Source: Marsupella aquatica
Lineage: Eukaryota > Plantae > Marchantiophyta
Assembly (NCBI GenBank): GCA_973895155.1
Contig: OZ316896.1
Coordinates: 16,120,576 to 16,184,575 of the forward strand
DNA length: 64,000 bases
Reading direction: 5' to 3'
Part shown: piece by piece, positions 49,501-61,000 of the stretch
Layout: each line of letters starts with the position of its first letter
How positions within the stretch are numbered: position 1 is the first letter of the stretch
Translations under genes and position numbers: made by a program
Notes under the pieces: model-generated
Database searches by the model: none
Told to the model about the DNA's origin: nothing
What the model saw: the letters and a program-made list of their open reading frames with translations, nothing else

Positions 49501-52500
49501 ATTAGTGTGGCCTAAACAGAACTTTAAAACTTTAAATCACTTAAAACACTAAAAAAAAAACTTGCATAATGGAAATAGGATGGTGTACCAGGTACTGCAT
49601 GCAAATCCGTGGCCCTCTCATGCATGGAGTTTTGAAGATAAGCCCTAGTATTCCCCATATTATTATGAGTAACACTAATTCCCATTCACACTAATTAGAT
49701 GCTAACACTAGTAGCAATGAAGGGCGTAATTTCAACCTGGTCAAGTTTGTCAGTTGACTACAGGTGAGTTTGGGATCACCAGCTAGCCTTACCACTTGGA
49801 ACCTCATCTTGCCACCGGCACTCCCTTGGCAACGTAACAGAAAATGGCACCTGAGATATCACTGTGCCAAAAGACAAAACCAAACGGGAGTCATGGTCCC
49901 TAGGGCAAAGCAACCCCATAAAGTGATAGGAAAATGGCATCAAGAAGACCAAAGAGGTCCAACAACCCAAGGTGTCACCAACAACAACAAAGGAACAATA
50001 AATAAGGAACCAACTAACATTAACACAAGGAAGCCCAAAAGACAAACGTCCTACTGGGCAGGAACAAGGCTTAAGAGACAAAAAGGCTTAAAACAAAGGA
50101 AAAGGGGCTACAACTTTAATGATCTTGGTCAAAGCGATGGACTCTCCTTTGAAAAGTCAAAGTTGGATGGCTTCACTCATTCACCAGTCAAACTCTTGGT
50201 ACTTTAGAGGGTCAAAGGAATCAACCTCTAGAAAGTGAAGAGTGAATCCTTTTGGAATTTGGGGGTATTCAACTGCAGAATGAAACACGTGAATCCTTTT
50301 CGGTGGCATCTCCACATAGGATAGATTACTTGCAGTGAACGACATGAGAGCTATATTAAGTTTTTCCAGAAGCAAATTGAGTAAAATAAGACAGCATCCA
50401 ATCAATCAATGACTCGAACAAAAATCCCAGTTGAATGGATCATCCGTTTCTTTCCTTCTATGTGGAGTGAGATACGCATGGCAGTCAAATCCAAGTACCA
50501 GCAATTTTTTTAACTTTAATTCGTAATGAAGACGAAGAGAAAGAAGTACCATCAGTCCATCACCATCATGGAGGTGCACCCTACCTTTTCCGATATCCCT
50601 ATTCAAGGGGTTTAATGAGACTTGTGGCCAGTTGCAGGACGGTGGTCTAGGGTGAGACAAAAAAATACAAACAAATGATTTGGTGTTGCAGGGAGTTAAA
50701 ACGGCTCACATCATGGCCCTTCTATCAGAAAAAACTTACTGGGTCTTCAGGACTTGCCGAGGCAACTATAGTACACTGGCTATCAGAAATAGTGTGAAAA
50801 TATAATTAGTGTGACACCAAAATCAGAGTGACTCGCACAAAATTGTGTGAACATTTTTTTCCAACTCGAATCACACTAATTAAGTATGGGAAGTCACATT
50901 TTATTTTGTATTGAGAGTCAGCTTGAGTCTAAGTTACATGCCTCTATTCTCAGTGTGCAGTATTCAAGGCAAACACCAGCCTAAAGCCCTCCCACATTGT
51001 GCACTCTCAATGTTGCAGGGTTTGAGAAATTGTTGACGTTGCTCTTCATGTTTCTTCCCCTTTTTTCTGGCTTCTACTTCATAGCCTGCAGCAGCAAGCC
51101 TCCCAAAGCTCGCTGCCTCCCAAAACCCTGACCACCCCAACCAAGACTGCGACAGAAAGTTGGATGGGAGAAGAGAAGGGTGGGGGGGGGGGGGGGCGGG
51201 GCGGGGATTGCCCACTACCCAGACCCTCCCTGGCTTGGATCTCAAGGTTGAATATTACAGGTGGGATTTGTGTTCCATCAAAGCTGGCACAGCCCAGTAG
51301 GAGCATGGGGGACACAGGTCTTACCTTTGGATCGCCTGGCCGCTTATGAAACAAAACTGTACCCCAAGTGTTATAAATGTACACTGCCAAAGAACAAAAG
51401 GTGCCTCATGGAAAAGCAGGAGACCCAATAAAGATGGGGGTGGGGGGATAGTAAACCCAGGAAGACCATAAAACCAAAAGTGGAGTACATTAACAACACT
51501 TTGTCAAATAGAACATTTATCCACCAAATTTATTTATCAGGGTGCCAGAGGACACAAAGGCCAAACAGGGAGACAGGGCCCCAACGGCAAAGCAGCCCAA
51601 TAAAAGGGAGGGAAGAGGAAAAGGTAAGATTCATGAAAGGACAAGGGGTGGAGTTGGGCAGGGCGATTGAACAAGCATGACAGCAATGCTCGAGGCTCAT
51701 GCCTTTTGTCTTGAATTGAAGTACAGTATCCAAAGTGAGCATATCAATATCTGTGGTCCAAATTAACTCCCCCAGTTTGACTTGTCTGGGCAGAGTCAGA
51801 CTCAATGGTCTAAGATTCTCCTGGTCTTCATTCCCTATTAGAATTTCTTGCCGACATCCCACTCCAATTTTTCTCGACAATAAGGACATTCCTCTTCCAT
51901 TCCGTCCAAACTCTCCATTTGTGGCTTCGCAAGAGGATCCTCTTCAGTGTCCGCTTCTCCGAAGTCTAGTGAGTAATCCATTTGTTCCAAGCCGGAAAAT
52001 AATTTTACGAATCGAGAATGAAAGTGAGTCCATGAATTCCATACCAGTTTAGGAAGACTTTTTAGCGATACTCCTTTTCCAATTTTGTAGTGACAACCAC
52101 GGTGAGTTGTAAATTGTGAGGCAGTGTGCTGCCTTCTGGTTCCCTAAAGGCTGGGCGACACACCATGCCCACATGATTTACGGAAAGAATCCACAGAGCA
52201 AGGTTTTAGGAGGTGATTGCGGGGAGGCTCATTGGACATCAGTTGAAGGACATCACAAAACTGGCAATCCAGGTTAGAACCTGGACCGTTGACTTAGAAA
52301 CACATCAAAGAACATGTCCACGATTGACTACATATCTTCGCTTGGTTCTTACGCTTCGTAATCTACACTGCACCATCCCAGCTAGCTACAGTAGCTTACT
52401 CGACCCTCAGTCAGCCTGTATTGAACCTGCATAGGCTGCAGAAAGTGAAATTGGCAAAACTCCCACTCTGAACTTAAAATAGAAGGAAAAAAGTCCACGG

Positions 52501-53138
52501 GCTCCAAGATCGACCATCCCGAGGCCTATTAACAAGGGATCAACTAACGCCATCTCTAAACCACCTGATGAACAAGTTGAGAATATTTTCAATTCATAGA
52601 GATCTAGGCCATATAATATCCTGAACGAAACGGTAATACAATGAAGACATCTGAGGCACATCAGCAGCATACAGGCCCCACCGCACAGTTCTAGTGTTTT
52701 ATTGTAGCCAGCATCATGAAGCTCTCCCCCCTTGCAGACCAGCAAAGCCCGACATGGTCAGAGAGTTTCCGGAGTCACAGTAGCAGTAATATCATACCGA
52801 GAGACCACTCGCCTCTCGAATCCCAAAATTGTCAGACTCCACATTTTGAGAGGCACCATTCTGAAATTATGCACCAACCAGTTGTAGCAGAGCCACGAAA
52901 GTAGACATAATTCTAGACAGAAACAGATGGAGCACAGGTTGCAAGCGGATGATGGTGGAGGTCCAGCTCTTGACCCTCAGTTTCGTAGTAGGGTAACAAA
53001 TATACAACAGTTCGTGCTGTTGATCTGACCTGACCTACTCCAAGTTCGTCTGTCTTCCCGGCACAAAGCGGCAATCCACAACGCCAAGTTCATGCGGACA
53101 GAACAACACAGCTTCTTGAGCTTTTCGTAATTTCTCCG

Positions 53139-55067
53139 TCATGACTTCGAGACTATTAGCTCAGGTGACTCTAGTTCTTCCGTCGTAGAAGCAATCGGAA
53201 TCTCGTCGTCCTGGTCAGTGAAGTGATACTTCTCACCTATCGTTCGCAGCATGTGGAAGACCTCATACATCGAGGGCCGCTCCTTGGGTCGAGGAACCAC
53301 ACAGGAGGCAGCGATCTTAAGAAACTGCATCAGCTCGTCGTCTTGATCTGTCCCTGTCAACAGTGATGTATCAATGGCATTAGATACGTAACCCGTACTG
53401 GTAAGGTGCCAAACCCACTCGGCCAGGTTCCCCTTGAAGTTGTCGGCTGAGACATCCACAGCTTTCTTCCCAGTGATGAGCTCCAGGAGGACCACACCAA
53501 AACTATACACATCACCTTTCACGGTCGCCACCAAGGTGCGCACGTACTCTGGGGCTACGTAGCCCACGTCTCCGAAATCCCCATTGATGAAGGTGCTGAT
53601 GTGAGTGTCCACCGGGTTCATCAGACGAGCCAGACCAAAGTCTGAGATCTTGGTCTCGAACTCCTCGTCCAGCAGCAGGCTAGCTGGGCTGATATTTCTG
53701 TGGATGACCCGGGGGTTACAACTGTGGTGAAGCCAGGCTAGGCCTCTGGCTCCACCAATAGCTATCCTCAACCGAGTTTGCCAATCTAATTTCTTCAGCT
53801 CTTCAGGCTTCTCCAAAATCCCAGTATCACCTGGTATTGTGACGACCTGTGATGCTGAAATTGGATCCTTGCCTGCCTTGAAGCCGCCACGAAGGTGGTC
53901 CTGCAGGCTCCCGTTGGGCATGTGTTTGTAAACTAGCAGCCTTTCTGGTCCGGCAATACAATATCCCAGAAGAGGAACTAGGTTCCTGTGTTTCAGTTGG
54001 CCCAACGTCTCCATCTCGGCCCGGAACTGTCGGTCCGAATGTGGCGTCACTTGCAGCCTCTTGATTGCCATAACCGAACCATCTGGAAGGGTACCCTTGT
54101 AGACGGTTCCTGTCCTCCCGGAGGCTATGACATTACTCGAGCTGAAGTCGTCAGTAGCAGCCATCAGATCAGAAAGCTTAATCTTTACGAGAGGCTTTTC
54201 GAACATAGATACAATAATGGATTTGGGTGCTTTGATTCGCTTGACCCAGCGGTTTTCATCCCTGTGACCACGGTATCCGAGAGGCCGTGACAGTAGTAAC
54301 CACCACACAGCAGCACCAACCACAATCAAGACCGCAACGACGGCCCCAATCGCCACCCCCACGATCAACCCCGTGTTATTTTTGGACCCTCCACTCGAGG
54401 AACATCCATATTTACTGTTCAAGGGGAAGCCACAGAGACTTGGATTCTCACCATAGGACAGCGAATTGTTGATCTTCTCGCCGAGGTAGAGTGGAATATC
54501 GCCCGCCAGGTTGTTGTTGGACACGTTGAATTCGGTCAGACGAGGCAAGTCCCCAAGAGTGGCCGGAATTGCGCCACTCAAGTGATTGTCTTGTAGAAAG
54601 AGGTAATTCAAGAATTGGCAAGTGCCCAAGTTGTCTGGAATGCTATTGGAGAACGTGTTATCGTTCAAGTTCAGTTTAACCATATTGGGGACGTCTTTAC
54701 AGAGAGTTGGAGAAATGGGTCCGGAGAAATCGTTATGGGATAAGTCCAAAACTTGAAGCGACGAGCACTTACTCAGGCCTGATGGAAACGATCCCCCGAG
54801 AGAAAAGTATGGTAGTATCAACGAATAGACATTATTGTCCTTGTCGTGCACACAAGTAACGCCAGCAAAACTGCAGATCGCGGCATCGGTTGTGTTGCCG
54901 AATGTCCACCCAGAAAGGGAGCCAGCCGGGTCGCTCACAGAATTCTTGAATTCTCGCAGACAGTCAGCATCCCCTTGGCCATTCACCACCGTGAAGGTAG
55001 GATCAACCCACGAAAACACCACCACCGGCACCAGCAACACCAATACACTAGACAGCCCAGATGACAT
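53139..55067 (-). CDS. BIR1-like: BIR1-like LRR receptor-like kinase (LRR-X), single exon, ~642 aa; in-frame ATGs upstream at 55118, 55133 and 55160
   Basis: Signal-like N-terminus, LRRNT (W..ICSFAGVTC), ~5 LRRs, TM helix, VSMFEKPLVKIKLSDLMAAT, HRNIS..LLLD..KISDFGLARLMNPVDTHISTFINGDFGDVGYVAPEY, all typical of BIR proteins. Confidence 0.92.
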   Translation of the reverse strand: MSSGLSSVLVLLVPVVVFSWVDPTFTVVNGQGDADCLREFKNSVSDPAGSLSGWTFGNTTDAAICSFAGVTCVHDKDNNVYSLILPYFSLGGSFPSGLSKCSSLQVLDLSHNDFSGPISPTLCKDVPNMVKLNLNDNTFSNSIPDNLGTCQFLNYLFLQDNHLSGAIPATLGDLPRLTEFNVSNNNLAGDIPLYLGEKINNSLSYGENPSLCGFPLNSKYGCSSSGGSKNNTGLIVGVAIGAVVAVLIVVGAAVWWLLLSRPLGYRGHRDENRWVKRIKAPKSIIVSMFEKPLVKIKLSDLMAATDDFSSSNVIASGRTGTVYKGTLPDGSVMAIKRLQVTPHSDRQFRAEMETLGQLKHRNLVPLLGYCIAGPERLLVYKHMPNGSLQDHLRGGFKAGKDPISASQVVTIPGDTGILEKPEELKKLDWQTRLRIAIGGARGLAWLHHSCNPRVIHRNISPASLLLDEEFETKISDFGLARLMNPVDTHISTFINGDFGDVGYVAPEYVRTLVATVKGDVYSFGVVLLELITGKKAVDVSADNFKGNLAEWVWHLTSTGYVSNAIDTSLLTGTDQDDELMQFLKIAASCVVPRPKERPSMYEVFHMLRTIGEKYHFTDQDDEIPIASTTEELESPELIVSKS

Positions 55068-56481
55068 GTCTCCTCTGCTCCTTCGTCTTCTTACCCCACA
55101 CTTGGCATTTTGTGGCATTGCGTCCTCCTGCATAATCAGAGAAAGTCTAGAGCATTTCATCAGCTCTATTCTGCGTTGACAGGCAATGGCGATTCCCACT
55201 CAGAGAGAAGCGCTTGCCTTGTCGAGTAGCACCTCTCCAGCAGAAGAACAGTGCAAGGCAGGTCCTCCCCACAGTAAATGGAGTCCTTGCCTGCCGTGCC
55301 TACGTATGGCACTCAGGCATCATTCTAGATCATCCTCACCCTTGCCTTGCTCCTCTGGTCACCCGGATGCTGAGCTACCGCTCAAAGTCAATCGATCCTG
55401 GAGTTGCTGAGGGTATCAAATTGATCAGACATGTCCAGCTTGAAGAGTCGAACACAACCATCCAAGGGACCCAGCCACTTTCCTGCTGCAACCTTTCAAG
55501 TCTTTCTCTAAGCAGCATGGCGCCGAACCCATTGGAATAGCCAGAGATTGAACCTAGTGCCCTGCCAGCAGACAACAAACCCAGTACTACAGCTGACTGG
55601 AATTGCTGCAGAACAAGTCAGCAAAAAAACACAAGGAAAGCTCCAGTACCGCGCGCATCGACCAAATCCTTGCTTGGCAGCACACCAGCCACCGCCCCCA
55701 AAGTTCCCCTCCCTCCCTGCTTACTCCTCAAACTACCTCCTCTGCTTTTCCTCTCTTGCTGCTAGCTCCGAGAGAGGCAGAGATGGGCCTCACCACCCAC
55801 CCCACTACAAAAACAAATCCCGGCGAGCAAGTCGACCACCACAACCAAGATGTCCTTCGGTATGACTCCACTTCAATGCTCCCTCCCTCCTCAGACCAAA
55901 AGGAGCCGTACAGTAGCTCAGTCTCTCCGTCCCTACCTTCCTGACGATCCCCTACCTATATCACTCAACAAAGTAGTACAGTAGAGAGTACTTCGCATAT
56001 GTGCGTGCTTGCTTCTTCAGTGGCTGCCCACACCACTCCCCGTAACAGGTCGTAAACTCCTCGAACAGAAAAAGGAGAGCGTCAAAGCGAGCAAGTAAAC
56101 ACGCACTCACTCCACAGGGAAGGACGAGCCACTCAGCGAACACGAAGACCGCCCCGCCCCACCCCACCTCCGTGTAAATGAGCAACTGCAGGATATCCTT
56201 CCTGCTATCTCCTTTCGATCGCCCGAACTAAAAATGAAGCAGCAGACAAGTACGTGGAGCGACAACAGTACTCTGCCTCTTCGCCAACGTCATTAGACAG
56301 ATCTGATTGAAAGCAAGCAAGGCAAACGTATCTGGGAGTCAAAATGTGAGCTGCTTCAATCTCCCAGCACTCCTTGCGGTCGGCCTATCTCGTTAGTTGG
56401 CTTGACAGATACAATGGCCAAAACAGGAAAGCAAATGCTCACGAGCGATCGAAGGCCTCTCTCCCTGTCCCTATATCGTAT

Positions 56482-56507
56482 CTCCTCCTCCTCCTCCTCC
56501 TCCTCCT
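56482..56507. repeat. (CTC)8 microsatellite upstream of the BIR-like gene
   Basis: Read directly from the sequence. Confidence 0.95.
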
Positions 56508-59500
56508 GCTGGCAAAGCAACAAAACCCCGCACAACTACTTGTTTCTTCGGCTGATTGAGGCGGGCTACCTAGCTCGATTCTGCCAAATGTACACAAGTC
56601 GACGACAATGCTCTTGCTATGAAGACGACTCCTCCATCTCCATCTCCATCTTCTCCTGCTTCGAAAGCGCCACTTGATGAAGAGCTCCTCGACCTCCCGA
56701 CTGCACTGTAGAGTCTACAGTGAAAGGTTCCTTCCACAGTTCCGCAACACGAGGGTCTTCCGGTGGGAGAGGCAGTGTAGACTGTGGAAGCGAGAGAGGA
56801 AGAGAGACTGCCTGCAATCACTCCACTCCCTCAGGTCCAGGGCTGCCCCAGTGTGGTCTGCCTGAAAGAACATAAAATAGAAGAAGTAAGCTTCCCTCTC
56901 TCTGGCCTTGGGACTGCTCATGTCTGGCCTTACAGTACATCGCCCCTGCCGATGAACAGATTTCATAAGTGCAAACCTTGACTTAGGGCACTCTTGCAAG
57001 GAACGAAGGTTACTACTGGTGGGTAACCATATCTCTGTTAAGGTGTCTCAAATCTCTCCTTTCTGCCTCCGGTTGCGGCCAAAGACAAATTCTCGAGGAA
57101 AGAAGTGATGAACACAAAAATGCTTGTCTGCAGACTATTGACCACTGATTGAAACTAATAGTTTTGTCTAAACTGTTGGCCCCAACTTATTGCAAGGCAA
57201 ACCATTCGTCCCTCTTTTCTCCATCAGTTTGGCCCTGTTTTTGCACTTTTACGTGCAATGAGGTCTCCATCAGACATGAATTATATAGGAGCAAACCCTT
57301 ATAGAGCTTATTGTACACTTATGTGTAAGAGAATAAATTAAGTGGATCTCTTATGTATAAGTTTAGACAGTTTGTAGAGTAAATGTTGCAGTTATGAGAT
57401 AGTGTTTAGGGCAGGGATGTACAAATCCAAGGGAAGGCACGAGAATCTGCCTGACCAGGGGAGCAGTCTCTCAAGTGTGATAGAGACACAATGTCTATGC
57501 AACTGTTGAGGCACTGTAACTACTATTAACAGTGTAGTGCTTGATGACATTGTGCAAATCTTTTGCATGGTTGAAATTTATAGATGCTGGTAGACGAATG
57601 GATTCAACCTATTTTCTCTCAAAACCAGCATAGATCTCACATGCGTCTTGGGGTATTGCGCTATCCTTGTATGAGAACCTAATTACACAACAATATCCAA
57701 ATGTTTACAGAAAAAAAGCATTGCAAACAAATTTCTTTTTCGTCTGGGCATTCACACTCGTGGCGTCCGTCCACGCAAAGCCATGAAGGATTTGCAAAAT
57801 GCTGTGCAAAAGGAGGTAATCTGCATTGTTGCACAGTGTCACCCAGCCCAAAGGCACACTGTCTCTCCCCCTTTCATGGCCCCTGGTCCAAAACCCACCG
57901 ATAAGTGCAAAGTGAGAGAAAACGCAATTACCACAAAGCAATAGCAATCACATATAAATGCAAGGCCCAGGCTTCTTCCCAAGGCTGTGCACTTAGAGAG
58001 ATGCTACAGGTCGGTTCGGTAATCTGGTCTACGGGCAAAAAACAGTTTCCGAGCTCGTCCTCTACGAGAACCAGTTACTGTACTCTCCCGCTCTCTCGGT
58101 GATAACTTTTTACTGCTCGACCGAGAGGCTGTGTACTGTACAGTTCCTACGGCGGTCAGTCTGGCAGTCCACACTGACCAGAGTCAGAGATGGAGGGCGC
58201 TCTCTGACCGTCGATCTGAGGCCTCTTGTGGGACTCCCAGGGTCCTCTTCCCTGCGCCGTCCCTCACTAGAGAATTTATTGGCGTAGCGGGAAACAAGGA
58301 CTGTTCGGGAGCCCCCGCCTCCGTATTCGAGGACTTTGCATAGTATAATGACGATTAATGTATTAGAAAGGGGAAAAAATGATATTTTACTAAAATACTA
58401 ATAATAAAAGTAATTTTTTACTAAAATAAATAAAACAAAGTACAAGTGAAGAAAAGTAATGTCACACAGGAGTAAAATAAGAGAGAAAGGATTTACCAGT
58501 GCAGTGGTGTGATGAGCTAATAGTTCACATCTATGACAATAATGTGACGAATTAAGGGTTAAGATCTAGTGTCCTTACTAAATCTGCAAGTGGTTGTACA
58601 ATAGACAACCACACTTAGCAAAAACATTTGAATGAATGAAACATTTTGACCAAAATGAAAAAGAGTTGGTAATAGGAAGGAAAAGTATAGACGAAAGATT
58701 TTCAAAACGGTTCATCCAAAGAGATTTTTGAGCCTGAGCCCTAGCCCTGGAAATCCTAATTGAAGTTGGCCAGACTGCCACACATCTAGGGCAACATGAA
58801 AGTTCCCTCCCTCACATCTGTTTAGGAACCTTTGTTATGTCCATTTTCAGGCCTAAAAGGCTGTCACCGATGCAAGACAGTCCTACTATTTCTTGATTGA
58901 TCAATGACAGCCTCAAACACAGCTCCAAAAGGGTGCGGATTCTGTTTGGACCTGAGTGTACAACTGGGAAGGAATTGTAAAGACTAAATATAATTATGGA
59001 GCACTAACCCCACCGAACAACTTCTACCACTGGGTGGCCTAAGGTTTTCCCTGTTATGAAAAATTCAAATATATATAGTATATAGTACGTCAATCACTAC
59101 ACAATCCTTTTTCATCCTACCACATGACTCTAAGACAAACTGGCTCGTGACTCCTTATTTTTCCATTCATAACCAAATTGTTTTCAGTTTTGTTCACAAT
59201 GGCCTAGCCCCAACTAAGGACAACCCTACTCTACAGTAACGATAACGTCCTTTGGTGAAAACACTATTGATTGGATTAAAATTCAACAAAACTGGACATA
59301 ACAATAAAGGGGTCAAACAAAATACAACGAAGGGAAAGCAAAAAGAGGTCAAAAGAGGATAAACACTAAAAGAAGAGCCAAAGAGAACCCCGAAAATCTA
59401 GAAAGAGACTTGAAAAGATACAAAATGCAAAAAAATCGTCAACAATATTGACGAGTGGTTTGTGAGAAATTGGATCTCAGCAGTATCTCAGTGTCACTCT

Positions 59501-60895
59501 TGGGCTCCACCATTTTTCTTACTCCAAACCTTTTTGTGGTCAACGAGGAAAATGACGCTGCACCCACTTTGTGACGATCACTTGTGTGAAGTATACTGAA
59601 GTAGCGGAGGGGGCGGCTCTACAGTGGGCTTCCAGTATGTAAGAAAGATGATCTCATCTAAAACATCATCGGTGGTCAAATCTCATTTCGCTTCTGCAAA
59701 GCAGCCTCTAATAATAGTGCACCGAATTCCACTCTCACAATAATTTTATTTTGTTTTGTTTTCATATCTAGGATGGACCATTCGTCCCATGAATTCAAAG
59801 ATCACCCCAGCCAAAAGAAGCAGAATGCAGAGAGAATCTACCCATGGGGCCAGGGAAAATAGGGCACTTTGGGACAAACCTCAGGCCTCAGTGGGTTCAG
59901 GGTTAGTCTTGCTCGGGTTTTGGGACCAAGTTATCCATTACAATTTGTGGGGAAACAACTTTGACCCGTCCCATAAGGTAAAGGTTACAACCTCATAGCA
60001 TATATCATTTTTTGGTTCCCTCTCGTATGTTGCAACCCTGAATGCAGCAGTCACTGCCACAACCGGCCCAAAAGCCCATGCCAGCTCATGTGCCATCAAT
60101 TGTAGTTTTCCGGATTACTGCATTTGCTGATACCAGGAATTTGTGCCTAAACTTACCAGAAAAATGTTAAGGTCATTGGTATTGAGCCGACAAGCTTCCC
60201 TTATGGGAGTTGAAGTTTGGCGCCCACAGGTTTTATGGGAGGTTCCCACCACCCTGAATTACTGGAAGATGTTTCTTAGTAGAAATGTAGCCAGGGGTGT
60301 ATTAGAGCATTTCCAACCTTATTAGGTTTTGGGTAAATGTACAGTCTCACATCTTAATCTTTTTAGCACACTTTGCATAGCAATCATGGCCGACTGAAAC
60401 TCAGACCCAACTGGACAATTTTCCTAAACAGTAGAGAACAAAAACAACCATTGTACAGGTAGATTCTAATTTTAAGAACCCAACAATGAACCTAGTAGAA
60501 AGTCAACTACTTTATATTGTTCTATAAGATCCAGTAACCTCAAACCCAATTACCCAAACAAACTACAATAAATGGGTTGGATCTGGAGATATTTGTCTGA
60601 TGGGACCCCAAAGTGAAAAGTGTTATTTGATGGGAACCCTAAAGTTTTGGGTACTTTGATTCAAGATCATTCTATCAAGGTCAATCAATGGTTTCCATCG
60701 CTCAGGGGACCTATCAAGTAACAATTTTCATTTTGGGGTCCCGTCAAATAAATACCTCATTGGACCTGATTTTTGCACTTTTTCAGGATTTATGGTCAAA
60801 ATCTAGTTACAGAGTAACCAAATCCAATACTAGGTTAGAGATTCTCCAATGTACTTCATTCTTTTGTGCAAAAGCTCCTAGGTCATGGACCTGGC

Positions 60896-61000
60896 GATTG
60901 TGTGGTTGCTTAATGCTCTCTGATATTATATACAGTGTAGTGCTGTTCAAAGAGCCCGACCTTGTGATTGTGTGATTGCTTAGTGCTCTCTGATGTTATA
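60896..61000. repeat. Degenerate duplication, ~70-bp period
   Basis: GATTGTGTG(G/A)TTGCTTA(A/G)TGCTCTCTGAT(A/G)TTATA at 60896 and 60966. Confidence 0.85.

Noticed and set aside
49760-52250. Broken minus-strand reading frames and a long G-run at 51178-51207
   Set aside because: Probably decayed repeats; I could not identify a motif.
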